From NCBI RefSeq assembly GCF_009914755.1, contig NC_060945.1: a stretch of DNA of 64,000 nucleotides; one strand, 5' to 3'. Made by a program: the position numbers and the translations under genes. Below are positions 45,004-58,847 of this stretch, one piece after another; within the stretch, counting starts at the first letter, position 1; each line of letters starts with the position of its first letter. The stretch comes from the human T2T-CHM13v2.0 reference genome, Homo sapiens. The notes beneath the pieces are model-generated. The model did not search any database and was not told where the DNA came from. It saw only the letters and a list, made by a program, of their open reading frames with translations.

Positions 45004-47457
45004 CTAACTTCTTTAATCTCAGGGCTGTAAAGAATGAAAATATCTGCCCATAGGTTGGAGGTTGCATTTTGGTTAGCTATACCTCTCAGGAGACCCACAG
45101 AATCACCACCTGCTTTAGTGAATACTTGATATTTATCCCCCACAATGACCATTATGACCTTTAGACTATGATACTGACCAACTCAATGATTCATGCCTTG
45201 CCCCCAAAATGTGAAGATCTACAATTTAAATAGTGATCTCTAGATTTTCTATTTAGGGCTTCTACCCACAATATTCGACCTCTGATAGGAAACTATTCAC
45301 ATCCTGAATACTGCCATTTGATGACACAAGAAATGGCTCAGTAAAAAAATCACACAGAGATGCAGAGACTTTTGAAAGGAAATCTTAGAATTCCCCAAAA
45401 ATTTCCAACTCATGAAACAACAGATTTGCAATTATTTTTACCATTGCTTCTACCATATAATGGAAACTCTTTTGGGTATAAAGAACCAGCCCAAAATGCA
45501 GTCTTTTGAAATATGTTAAAATTTCCCAATCAACCAGAAGATTTTAGAATAGTGAATAATGCTATATTTTCAGTGCTTACTGAAACCGTACTTAAATTTG
45601 CATAAAATACATCTGAGTCAAACATTCACACAGACTATTTTTTATTCATTGACTATATATGAAATCCAATATCACTAGTATAACCATCTCAAAAAAGATA
45701 CGTGTGGTATCTAAGTTTATCAAATACGACAGAATTTATTTAGTCTCTTCTCTTTCTGGAATGAAAAAAATTCATCTTATCATTTACAAGACTCAGCTTC
45801 TGAAGTGTTCGTATATAAGGTCCCATTTTCTATAATATCTTGATTTTCCTAAATAATACAAATTTCTATATAACGGTTACTGCCAATAGGCTGTTTCCTA
45901 AAATGTTATTTCTGTACATATTTGGGAGAAATGTCGAATATTAATAACACAATATATAATTAATTGTATTTATAAAGCAATAAACTCCTTTTGATGTTCC
46001 AATTCTTTACAATTTTAGCTTTCAAATCTTTCATCCTGACCCTAAGACAATCATTAGGTAACTAATGTCAAGCTGAATTTCATTCAGGTCTGTTTTCCAT
46101 ACTCAATGAAGAAATAAATGATGTTACAATAAGCTCAAATTCATTTATTCCTTCTATAATAATAACCTAGTGTGTATTCTACACTTTGTAAAACAAAATT
46201 ATATAAAAATGAATGAATAGATAAATAGGTAAATACTATGAGCCCTGCCAGTGACAATTTTAAACAAGTTTAGAGGTAGTACATTTACATCACTAAAAAA
46301 TATTTTAAGAACTTATCCAACATCTATTTAGACACCCAAAGTGAATATTTTATTAAGACTTTTTTCTCCTAAAAACAAAAGAGAGATTTCTTAGGATAGC
46401 CATCGCAGGTCATACATCTTAATTAGAAGTTCCTGGATGGGCTGTGACTGTGTGTATATGTTTGTGCACTAAGGCAGGTCATGAAGCCATGTGTGTATGC
46501 CAGTATCCCCTTCTCTGGGGTGAGAGTTCTAGTTTAATTGGGACAGGGCCTTTTTTATCACCTAATACCTTAGCACAACTATTTTCAGCACCCTCTTCAC
46601 TTTCGTAAGAGTTGTGAGTTGGAAGATAAATTATAGAATCATCCTACAAGGAGAGAACAAAATAAAGGTTAAGAGCATTGATGAAGTGAGCAGGGTAGAA
46701 TTTCTAGAGAAATCAGTGGTGCAACAACTGTCATATATTAAAGCCAAGGAGCCATCAGACGAAATACCGTTATATTCCACACTATTAAGAATGACAAAAT
46801 GCTGTCAATTAATTTCTGATACATTATCCATTTTAATAAAGCAACCTGGTTTCAGAGACATTCAGTAGTGAAAAGAATGTGGGTCTTATAGTGAAATACA
46901 ATGTATAAATTTAGCTTAGAATGAATTACAATTTAAGTAATTAGAGTGAATATATTCTTGAAATGATTGAAAATGTATATCTTAAGAGAAGCATATATCA
47001 AATTAACTCTTCAATAAGTATTAGTGTCCTCCTTTTACATCTGAAATATGAGATTACATATAAAAGTGGCCACAAACGTACAATTTGTAAATTTATAATA
47101 AAACCTATTTATTATGTTTAAATCTCAATGCATTGAGACATTACACAAATATTTGTGTTTTATGTTTTTTGTTCTACCTCTGAATCACTGTCTGTTTTCT
47201 GGACTCTATCAATTTAAAGTTAACAGTGGGATTTCTTTGGATAATTAAAGGGGAATATCTCTGTCACGCTAGCCCATACGTCTCACAGAGTGGTGCCCTC
47301 TGAATGCAACATTTCATTCTGTCTCTCCTTTACTCATCATGAGGTCAAAGGATTGTTCTTCAGTGCACTAAGTGCAGTCAAATAGCCTTACAAGTAAACA
47401 TCCTTTACAAGTCGAGCCTCTAGACAGACCATAACTTTTCTACTTTGTTGAACTCAC

Positions 47458-47600
47458 CTGACAGGGCAAGAAAAATTGCTCTGAAGAGCTGTAGCCAGGA
47501 GCACTTTACATTCACGGCCAGACTTCCACTTCACTTCCCAGAAGCAATCAGACTTCTTCAATCAGATACCTTCTCCTTCTAGGGTCTTTTTTATTCTGAA
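47458..47600 (-). ncRNA. Candidate 143-nt non-coding internal exon (lncRNA or UTR)
   Basis: Minus strand: acceptor tatttcactctgttcttacAG, perfect donor CAG|GTGAGT, purine-rich GAAGAA-containing body, stops in all three frames; not recognisably repeat-derived. Confidence 0.45.
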
Positions 47601-47920
47601 CTGTAAGAACAGAGTGAAATAGATATTTTGTGAACAGACACGTGTTGATAAGAAATAGATTACTAATGACATTAAGAATTATTGCAAAGTAAATCACAGT
47701 AACTAAATGATACTTGAACTTATCTGAAAGATAATATAGGCTTAAATAAAATCAACTAAAAACAATGAGACTGCCTTTTTGTCTACATCAGTTTTTATAT
47801 TCTAAAAGTATAAAATAATTTTTATTTTTAATTTGGGAAGTCACTCTTCTTTTAAAATTTATTCTAACTATAATTTTCCAATTATAAAAACATGATCCTC
47901 ATACAATATAGAATAAATAC

Positions 47921-48290
47921 ATGTCAAAGATTTATTGAACTCCTTAACTAATGAGAGGACCAGTTAAATGGGAAGACTGATTCCAAGAACATTTGAGGAA
48001 CAAGTGTTTTCATAGTCTATTAGGAAAGGCATTTATGTGGAATATTAGAATAAGATCACTAGATTAAATGTAACACAGGTTCATATTCCAAGTGGTAATA
48101 AAACCATAATCTTTGGGGATACCTTTCTTACTAGGCAGATATCTACAAGTAGACATGTAACTTCCCAGTGACTAGGCACCAATCAATTGGTATACAAAGT
48201 AAAAAAAAAATCAATTCTTCTAGAAAATTAAATAATCCTTGGGTTATTACTGTCATAGGGCCTGTTGATAGTGCAGTGGCACTGAAAGGA
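47921..48290 (-). mobile_element. Possible LTR37-like ERV1 LTR fragment
   Basis: aagatttattgaactccttaactaatgagaggaccag resembles the antisense LTR37 end as recalled. Confidence 0.3.
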
Positions 48291-49270
48291 CTTAAATATA
48301 TCCTCTTGCATTATTTCCTATATTTTGATCATATTTTTTCTTACAGTTCCTACTACTTGTAGGTGATCACCTGAATGCCATTCAAAAATTATACTTTGCC
48401 TTAATGGCGGAGGTGTTAAGATGTTTGAAGATGGTTTGTAAAGGAAGAGCATTCCCTTAATGAAATTTTAATATGTTTGCCAAAATCTTAAAAAAATTAT
48501 GGGTTGCATCTGCCAATTATTTTCAAATTTCTAGAACACCGAGTTTTATTTATTTCAGATGATACAATTTACATCTCAAAAGGAACAAAATACCTCTCAA
48601 GTAATTATAAGATTATTTTGTCTAATCTTGAAAATGTCTTAATACACTGGAAAAGGGGACTGAATACTTCACTGACTAGGACTGATTGGCCATCTTAGTG
48701 GATTATGAAATACATGAGAATTTATAATTTGAATTTCATGTTTTAAACTTCAACAGTGTACTAATCAATAAAACATATTCTAATGAGATGAAAAGTGTTT
48801 TTTATACATTATGTTTCTCTTGTAGTAGTTATATCTTTACAAAATTTACTTTTTTATAATATGTTATAATTATAATAATATATAATATATAACATCATGA
48901 AAATATATATGGGCAATAAAATCCTGGTAATTGCTTTCTTTGTATTCCTACAAAAATTGTATTCTAATTAATGGATTTTTTTCTAGTAAAGTATTATGAC
49001 AACAACTTTGTATTAAATAATAATGCTGCCACATTTATTTACAAAGTAGAGAGGTACTAAGTTTAAAAAAGTATGTAAGCATAATATATTATTAACTTAT
49101 TAAAATTATATCCCCACATAAAAATATTTTTTGATATAGTATGTTTTCCAGTATCATTTTTAAACATTATTATTAGCCATGATTACTTCCATGGAAGTTA
49201 TTTTGTTTTGCAAATCCTATAATAGTGCACTAATTTATGTGTGTGTGCGTTTAGTATTTGATAATTCTAG

Positions 49271-49658
<388 letters not shown>

Positions 49659-50259
49659 TCTTTACTTTTATTTATTTTTTTACTTTTTTTAATGTTTGCT
49701 TCCATATACTTTCACATAGAGAATAAAAGAAATAAGTAATTAACTTAAGGCATCTCACAAAAAGGGAAATGTTAAACTCAACATCTGATTTTGTTTTACT
49801 CAAGCTGGCAAGTAGGATCAAACAAATGCCACATTTAAGTCTTTAACATACATTGAACTATATTTTCTAATTTCACTGCTTTTGAGAATTAGTGATTTGC
49901 ATTAACTAAAATTGCTAGGATACAGTTTAATAAACAATAGTAACAATTTACTTGAATGGGCAAAAGTCATTTCAGGTTAGAATATCAAAACAATATCATT
50001 TTGTTTTACGCAATTGTTGTTGCTTTGAAGGCCAACATAAGTTACATACATTTTGGAGTATGTAACAAGTTTCTAGAAAAAATAATCTATCTTTTCTTCC
50101 AAAGGCTATCCTTGATTTTCTTTAAATCAAATGAGGTTATAAAATATTTCTCTGTAACTTTATTTTTTATGTAAGAATTACACATTAAAATAATATTTCA
50201 TGTTAAAATATCTCTTTGAGCTGTTTTTTCAACAATAATATCAATAAGTTAATAACCAT

Positions 50260-50500
50260 AATAATACTAATGACAAGAGTACATATTCTATGACAGTGAT
50301 GGAGCTACATGTGTTTTATAGATTGTTCCTTGGCTCACAATAATCTCTTAAGGCAGGTACCAGTGGCCACATTTTCAGAGAACAGAACAGAATATTGTAG
50401 GTGGGGAGAGTTAAATCATTTGCCAAAGTACCCAGTTGGGTAAGCAGTTTATCCAAAAACAAAACCTATGTTTGTCTAACTCTAAAACCTATGATTCTTT
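50260..50500 (-). mobile_element. MIR fragment
   Basis: ctcacaataatctct..aggcaggtac...cacattttcagag...gttaaatcatttgccaaag. Confidence 0.6.
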
Positions 50501-50968
50501 TACTCAATCGTAAATACAAATTATAAGTCTAGACTCCTAATGTACTTTTTTATGACTCTAGTATATGCTATATCCGGGTAACCTAACCTCTTTAATGGAC
50601 AATTCAGTCTCGTATGAGTGATATTTCCATTTATAGTTGGACTAAAGGTGAACTATCTTATAATTTGCCCTTGGTAGGAACTTTCAAAAATATTGTTTAA
50701 TCAAGTTTACATCACTGTCTGGGAAACTCTTTAACTCATTCATGACAAGCATAAGAATTTGGGAGTTGAGGCAGAGTTATCACAGTTTGTCATTTACGTG
50801 AGTTTTGAGTACTCTTTCATTGTTTTCCTCTAAAAGTAGCCTCAGATTGAAGTTTCCTGGTTTAATAAGAAAAATGATAAAAATAATAACAACTAACTTG
50901 ACTTGTCTTAGTATCAGATCTTTCCAAATTATATTACATGTATGCAAATTAAGAGAGTATGATCCTAG

Positions 50969-51224
50969 GGCTGGGCACGGTGGCTCACGCCTGTAATCCC
51001 AGCACTTTGGGAGGCCAAGGCAGGTGGATCACAAGGTCAGGAGATCGAGACAATCCTGGCTAACATGGTGAAACCCCGTCTCTACCAAAAATACAAAAAA
51101 TTAGCCGAGTGTGGTGGCGGGCGCCTGTAGTCCCGGTGTGAACCCGGGAGGTGGAGCTTGCAGTGAGCCGAGATTGTGCCACTGCACTCCAGCCTGGGCG
51201 ACAGAGCAAGACTCCATCTCAAAA

Positions 51225-51263
<39 letters not shown>

Positions 51264-51272
51264 ATATAAAAA
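50969..51272 (+). mobile_element. AluY with ~29-bp right-arm deletion and (TAAA)n tail
   Basis: tgtagtccc|ggtgtgaaccc junction; TSD aagagagtatgatcct / aagagcatatgatcct. Confidence 0.93.
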
Positions 51273-52149
51273 AAGAGCATATGATCCTTTCTTCTTTTCA
51301 TTCTCAGGAAAATAGAACATAAACACAAGTGATTTTTAAATAAAATATTATGCAGGGCAGAGAGAGATTTTTCCACATTAAAAAAACAAAAACAAAAAAA
51401 ACGCTCGCATGTAGGCCAAAATGCACTTGCAGGTTTATAAATTTCCAATATGCACAACTTCTTACAAGCCAAATGATAAATTGCCCCAAAGATAAGGGAA
51501 TTATTTGAACCCTCCTTGTCAAAATATGGCTGAGTTAGTGTTTTGAATCATGATTTACACTGAAGATGTGAGGTGACCCTGCGGTATATATTTCATGCTC
51601 TAATTACTCCTGCCTCTGCCTTGTCAGTTAATATGATGTTGAACTTAAAAGGGCCTCTTCACAATAAACCTATAATGAAGCCTGGAATGATGGAAGTGAG
51701 ATTTGTAATGTAACTTTGAAAAGTTTGACAGTAAAATGAATGTGATGTTCTCTCTAAAAAAGAGAAGTCAACTAAAAGTGAATTCAAAAAAAAAGTGGAG
51801 AAGAAAAATATGCAAAAGAAATGGATTTCAATTTAAGTTTATAGTGCCTTGTAGAATGACTGGTACAATCAGATTTTAATAAATGTTTGAGTAATGGACA
51901 AATAAAGTCAGCACAATAATTAATAGGACTGATCTTTTCTCTGAGGGAAATTTACACAACTTAGAGGGATAAGCATGCAAACTTACAATTGCCAAGCTCT
52001 GGATTTCTTCTCCAATAAGATTCCTACGCTACTCATCACTTTTTCAATACTTTTGAAGACATTCTTGACCAAAGGTACAGGATAAGCTTAGGAGGTTACA
52101 AAAGTTTCAAACACCAAAGCACATCTGCTTTATGATCATCCATAAAAAT

Positions 52150-53000
52150 ATAAGCTGACTCGTGACCTGCTACTTGTGACTTGCCTTCTCCAATTGAGTG
52201 TGTTAGTAGTGATGGATTCACTTCTAAGACTTTAGGAGGTTGTTTGCACATCTTTCCCTTGCTTCTCTATGAGCTGCTGAAACCACGTCTAGGTTAGCCT
52301 GTTGAAGAGAGGTGAGAGACCAATTATAGAGAAGCTGAGCCATCCAAAAGCAGCTGACAGCCAGTCTATCCACATTACGTGACACAGCAGGGCCATTTCC
52401 TTAACCCAGAGATTACTGCAAATATAACACTGTCAGCCAGGACCCAAAGAACCGTCCAACTGAACTGCAGATTTGTGAATTGTAATCAGTAGTATTGCTT
52501 CTCTTAGTTTGGGCTTCCAAGAAGCAAAGCCTAAGACTTGTTTTCCTGATCGAGTAAGTATTGAGGGAATTCTGTCACATAAAGAGAAGTAAAGGAAGCT
52601 GAATAGGGCTAAGCAGAGGTGTCCCTCAGCTGGGGACTACAGGCATTCTGATCCAAAGGGGAAGCTAAAACACAAATAGCACCACAAAGTGAATCCTGCA
52701 GTGAGGAAAGGGAGTGGCTATTTCCTGCCCTAGTGTAAGTCAGTTATTGGCAGACAGCTTTCCTCCAAGGGAAATGAGATTGGGAAAAGGGTATGGGGAG
52801 TAGTAGCCTTTAGGGCTGTTATAGAAGGCCCACCCACTTTTGGCTAATCACCATAGAAAAGGCAGCTGTGAATGATGAGCTAAAATGCACAGCAGCTGGA
52901 GATTGGGCAAATCTACCACCAAAGGAAATTATGTTGAGGCACCAGCAGCATTCACTACATTGTTTTAAGCAACTAAGTTAAGCAGGGATAACTAATATAA
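52150..53000 (+). mobile_element. Old MLT1 (G/H-like) LTR split by a second MaLR LTR
   Basis: cttgtgacttg...aagaaccgtccaactgaac, resuming ttgttttaagcaactaagtt...gataactaatata. Confidence 0.6.
52500..52959 (-). mobile_element. MLT1I/J-like LTR nested in MLT1
   Basis: cttagtttgggcttccaagaagcaaagcctaagac ... ggcaccagcagcattcactaca; TSD ttgct/ttgtt. Confidence 0.65.
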
Positions 53001-53345
53001 TAACCACAATAGTTTCATCATTGTCTAGTCATTGCTGAAGTGAAAAATGTACATATTTAACCATTTTATGATCGCTTAATATAAGAGGAAGGAGTTTAGA
53101 TTGTTTTTACTATAGATATCAGGAAACTAAGAGAAACCCATTTTGCAGAGGAATATGATAAGACCACATTATTTTCTGGAGGGACCCCTTTAGTGACTGA
53201 CATTTAAATAGATCCATTGGACTGGAAAGATTTAAATAACAGAGAGATCAATGAGAAGGATATAGCAATAGTTGAATTAGTGATTCAGAGACCTTGAATT
53301 AGTCTGCATTAAGTAGATCTCTAAGAAAAAATAATAAAGACATGG

Positions 53346-53707
53346 TATCTTACTATTCTCAGATTGCTATAACAAAAAATCATGGCTGGTGGCTTAAACA
53401 AACTTATTTCTCATCGTTCTACGGGGTGGGAAGTCCAATATCAAGGTGCTGGCTGATTTGGCTCTTGGTGAGGGCTCTCTTCCTGGCTAGCAGATGGCCT
53501 CCTTCTCACTGTGCTTTCACGTGGTGGAGAGAGAGCAATATGTTGCTCTTCTTCTTACAAGGACCCTAATCCCATTATGAGAGTCCCACCCTCATTATCT
53601 CACGTATGCTAAATTCCCTCCTAAAATTATCTCCAAATATAGTCACATAGGGGGTTACAGCTTCAACATATGATTTTTTTAAGGAAAGCACAATTCAGTC
53701 CATAGAC
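53346..53707 (-). mobile_element. MLT1A0-like solo LTR inserted in an L2 remnant
   Basis: ggtggcttaaacaa...gggaagtccaatatcaaggtgctggc...cacaattcagtccatag; perfect TSD catgg (53341-53345 / 53708-53712). Confidence 0.9.
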
Positions 53708-54089
53708 CATGGTAAACAATTTGATACAAAAGGCTTGGAAGCAGAAAGTAGTGAAAAGAAATCAGAGTTTACATTTTCTGATTCCTTCTAGATATCAATA
53801 TATTAATAATTAGGACGACTGAAGAGAGAGTTAATTTGAGGGAGAAAATTATGAAGACAGATTTGGAACTGCTGAATTTGGATGCTTTAGAATATTCAGG
53901 CAGCACTAAATTACAGGCATTTGAAATACGGTTGTTAAGCTTGGATGATTTAGAAATAATTAATATCTTAGAGCTTTAAAATGGAAACTTTTCACTTTAG
54001 GGTGACCATTTGGAAGTGGCAGGTACCAAGGATAGAGTTCTGAAATCTTAGGATCATGCAGAACAGGAAAAGGCAATAAATAATACTCT

Positions 54090-54310
54090 TCATTAGTGAA
54101 AAGTATTTTATACGTGCTAAATTCTATGTAAATATTTCAAGCTGACTTTTTTTAATCCTCCCAAAAACCTATTAGGTAAGGTCTAATATTTCCAAATTAA
54201 ATGTGAAAAAATGATTGTAATCGTTATTTATTAGTCCAAATTTTCAGAGTTATTAATTGAATAAGCCATGATTTGAACACAAGCCATTTCACCCCAAAGC
54301 CTACCTTATT
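54090..54310 (-). mobile_element. MIR fragment
   Basis: ttaatcctcccaaaaacctattaggtaag...gagttattaattg..taagccatgatttgaacaca. Confidence 0.6.
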
Positions 54311-55986
54311 AATCTAGAAAAAATCTTTAAGGTATTTTTCTTTTGTTAACAGATGTGTTATCTACAATGTTATTCTTTATATCTGTTCATTGTCTCACCA
54401 AATACATGAATTCATAAATATTCACCCTGATGTTTGATCTTTTTACAACCTGGCAAATGGGCAATTGAGTGTTTTCTTTGTAAATTATCTTTGCAATAAA
54501 TAATTTATTAGGATGTTTTTACTTACTGTACTGGTAAGAATTACTAAATTGAAAATTAATAAAATATGTACAACTTAAACAGTACATAAGATATTGATTT
54601 TAAGGCATTAATTGATGGGTTTATATTAAATAGCTTATAGACTGATACAACCTCTTTAAGTACTCATACATTTAGCCTTAAGACTAATTAAATAAATTAG
54701 AATTTTTCAAGTTAAAGAATTTTTATTTCTTTCAGAGTAAATGGACTAACAAAAACTTCCATGGGGATCTTTTCTGAATTATCAAAAGAGAATAAGGCTC
54801 ACTGGTAAAAGAAATATAAAAGTATATATTTCATATTTTAAACCAAAATATAAAAGTCTAATCCTCTACATTTATTTCTAAATATAAACTATTACATTTC
54901 AAGCTATTATCTTTATTACACATAATTTAATAGATGAGAATTACATAAATTCCTATTACTAATGAATATAATTATTATGCTTTTTTCATTGTATTTGACT
55001 ATTTAGTTTGTTCATGTATATTTTATTTCACTAATATATTTTTTCATTTTTTTTGTTATCATCTACAGAGGGCAATATATAGCTTTGCTATTCAAAAAGT
55101 ATATTAAATCTAGATGTAAGCTTCCATGCTTCCTATAAGCATGGCTTAACAAGTATCTCGTTAACTGTACAATATCAAAAAGTGTCAAAAGACAAGACCT
55201 TTTTGTTGGACTTTTGCTTATCTTTTCAGTTACAAATATTTCTGAATGTGCTTTTTCTCATTCTCATGTATATAAGACAACCTGAATTGCTTTAGCTACG
55301 CCATGTGTAGTTAAACATTTTTTTAAGAAAAATACAGATATCTCCTAAAAGAATAACAATGTATCGTGAGCTATAAAAATAATGTGGATGGTGTGTGTGA
55401 ATAGTTTTTAAAGTAGTAATTCTGACTGTGGAAGTTACTTTACTTGTGCCAGAGAAGAAATAGTCAGTTCTGCATTTTAATTGACTATTGCTTGTATGAG
55501 GTAAAAAACAAAATAAGACAAACAAAAGTTTGCAACAGCCTTAACAGAGAAGACCATTTCCTACCTGAGGTAAGATATCAAGGAACTTCTTGACATGAAA
55601 GAATAATACTTAACTGAGTCTCAAGTTAAAAAGAAGCTGACAGGGATAATGCGATATTGAATTCTACTTATCTAAATTGATTCCCACATTCATCTTAAAT
55701 AAAATGAAAGATAAATCCTCATTTGGAAGTAATGACATACTTGAAAAAAAGTAAATGCTTCAATTCAATATCTCCAGATATATATTTTACTTTCATTTCT
55801 GTAATATTTCACTCCATGAATTTCTGAAATGTTCTTCACTGGAGATTCTTTTAATCTCCAAAACTTCATATCCAATAAGATTCATTCTCCTGCTTCTCAT
55901 TTCCTTCCAACTCATGGATTGACATCCTTGAGTAAAAACTTCCATTATTTAAGCTAATGTCATATGTCTATATCACCTTCCATTTA

Positions 55987-56245
<259 letters not shown>

Positions 56246-56613
56246 TTACAGGTCACTTTTTTATCTTACCAAGAACTTTAGAACCTTCTCCATCCTAGCA
56301 CCAACTATAATAATCAGAGATTTAAATGGCTGTTTTGTCTTTCCTTAATATCCCACAATACTTCAAATATTTTATTTGTTATATATGTATTAATATTTAC
56401 TTTAAGTCTATTTATGTGTGAAATATGAAAAGAAAAGAGTTAAACAATATTTTGAACCTCTGTTTTAGGAAAATATGTGAAGAAATGAAAAAAATACTCA
56501 GTAGACATGAGTACAAATTAGAGGGCATGAATGAGGGCATGGCTAAGCTTAAGATCTCTGGGAAAAGACCTACAGATAAGACAGTTTGCACTATTTACTT
56601 TTAATGTGATTAT

Positions 56614-56944
56614 TGTTGGGGAAAGCAGCCCCACACCACCTGGTGGGTACCTCGAGTTCGCTGGAGACAAAGGAATTAGAAAGAGACAGAATAAGTGTTT
56701 GAAAGGCGGGTCCAGGGGACCGGAGCATCGGAGCCTCGCTCATGGCCCAGAGCTCTTCAGCTCCACCTAATTTATTGGTTTACAAGCTCTTTGTTCTTAG
56801 GGAAGATGGGAGGGGTAGGAAAGGATGAGGAAAAGGATTAATCAAGGAAGGAGAACTCATGATTCATTCAATAAGATGTATAGCAGTGGTGGTTTCTGTG
56901 AATTTCCTTGAGCAAAGGCTTGTGTCTAAACTCTTGTTCCCACA
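56614..56944 (-). mobile_element. LTR14-family (HERV-K/ERV2) solo LTR with internal deletion
   Basis: TG...CA termini, TSD attat (56609-56613 / 56945-56949), AATAAA on minus at 56771-56776, retained CpGs. Confidence 0.75.
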
Positions 56945-57141
56945 ATTATTGATATGATTACATTTAAGTTTATCATCAAAATTTATTTTATATTTGCCCC
57001 ATCTGGTATTTTTTATTTGTTTTCTTTTCCATTTTTCTGCCTTCTCTTGTACTAATTATTTTATATAATTTTATCTCTTTTGCTGGCTTCTTAGCTGTTA
57101 TGCTTATTTTGATGATTGTTTTAGTAGTTATAGGAAACATC

Positions 57142-57628
57142 TGTGATGTTTAATTCTGAATGTCAACTCGACTGGATTAAGAGATACCTAGATAGTGGTA
57201 ATGCATTCTTTCTGTGTGTATCCGTGAATTGGTGGGCTGAGTGGAGAATATCTGCCTTCAATGTGGGCAGATGCCATACCGTTGGCTGGGGCTCAGAGAG
57301 AACAAAAAGGCAGAGGAAAAACAAATTTCCCCTCTCACTTCTGGAGATGGAACACTTTTCTTCTGCTTTTGGACATCAGAAATCCAAGTTCTCTGGCCTT
57401 TGGACTTTGGGACTTGTGCCAGCACCCTCCTGGGTTCCCTGGCCTTTGGCCTCAAACTGAAGGTTACACTATCAGCTTCCGTTGTTCTAAGGGCTTCAGA
57501 CTTGGACAGCCACACTGCCAGCTTCCCTGATTCTTCAGCTTGTAGATGGTCTGTTATGGGACTTTTCTCAGTCTCCATAAATATGTGAGTCAATTCCCCA
57601 AGTGAATTGCCTTCTATCTATCTATCTA

Positions 57629-57665
<37 letters not shown>

Positions 57666-57693
57666 ATCTATCTATCTATCATCTATCTATCCA

Positions 57694-57741
<48 letters not shown>

Positions 57742-57803
57742 GTCTATCTATCCAGTCTATCTACCTCCTATTAGTCTGTCTCTGGAGAACATTGACTAAT
57801 ACA
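57142..57803 (+). mobile_element. MLT2B-type ERVL solo LTR
   Basis: tgtgatg.ttaattctgaatgtcaactcgactggatt...gagaacattgactaataca; perfect TSD acatc. Confidence 0.9.
57613..57763. repeat. Compound (TCTA)n/(TCTG)n microsatellite inside MLT2B
   Basis: Direct inspection. Confidence 0.9.
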
Positions 57804-58575
57804 ACATCTTTAATATATCACAGTTTAATTTCAAGTTATATCATACCACTTCATACATTATATAAAACCTTACAGTGTTTCTCCCTTCTCAGTGTTTATG
57901 GCTAGTAATTTTTTACTGGGTGCCAGACACTAATTTTTATTTTGCTAAGTGGTGAATATTTTTTATATCCTTAAAAATATTTTTGAGTGTTGATCTGGGT
58001 AAAGTTAAGTTCAATATTGGAAAAATATTGATTCTTTTGAGGATAGTTATCTTCTAATTAGTCTACCTGTTGCCCCATAAATGGCATGATTTTCCACTCT
58101 GTGTGAGTCCTCGACACAGCTCTCTAATTCTTTCTGATAGTCATTTTTCTGGACTTGGGTAGATTACTCAGAAGTACTCCCTAATCACCACTCAGATGAA
58201 AACCTGTGAGGCCTCTCTGCAGATCTGTACAGCTGTCCTTGGAGTGAGCTGTCTCCTCTCCAGAACCCTGCTTTGTAAATTACAGCTTTCTTGTCCCTCC
58301 AAGATTCCCAGCTCCACTTCTTCAATTCAGGGAATCCACTAGGTTCCACATAAACTATCCTGCCTGGTGCTGTAGCCTAGAAACTCTCTCAGACATGAAG
58401 TTGGGCAAATTGCAAGTCTCACTTCATTTGTTTCCTTTCTCTTAGAGATCATTAAACTGTATTGCGTGATGTCCAACATCTTGAAACAATTATTTTGTAT
58501 ATCTTGTCTGATTTTATATTTGTTTAGGTGGAAGGATGAATCCAATTCCTGTTATATCATTTTGGCCAGTAAAGA

Positions 58576-58847
58576 AAACTAACACAAGAACAGAAAACCA
58601 AACATCGCATGTTCTCACTCATAAGTGGGAGTTGAACAATGAGAACACTTGGCCCCCGGGAGGGTGGACATCCCACACTGGGGCCTGTCGGGGGGTGGGG
58701 GGCTAGGGGAGGGATAGCATTAGGAGAAATACCTAATGTATATGACGGGTTGATGGGTGCAGCAAACCACCATGGCACGTGTATACCTATGTAACAAACC
58801 TGCACGTCCTGCACATGTACCCCAGAACTTAAAATATAATAAAAAAA
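58576..58847 (+). mobile_element. L1PA6/7-like 3' terminal fragment
   Basis: gggctaggggagggatagcattaggagaaatacctaatg...gcagcaaaccaccatggcac; short TSD aaagaa. Confidence 0.9.

Larger units (their letters stand above)
56580..58570 (-). mobile_element. Old L1MC/ME fragment interrupted by LTR14 and MLT2B
   Basis: tttacttttaatgtgattattgatatg contiguous across the LTR; aattcagggaatcc...tccaattcctgttatatcattttggccag. Confidence 0.6.

Noticed and set aside
46614-46868. 84-aa protein-like ORF in unique sequence
   Set aside because: GTG start, no recognisable domain or convincing splice context; length expected by chance.
47393-47415. gtaaacatcct resembling the miR-30 5' end
   Set aside because: Lacks the first U, diverges after about 11-12 nt, and no complementary hairpin arm is visible.
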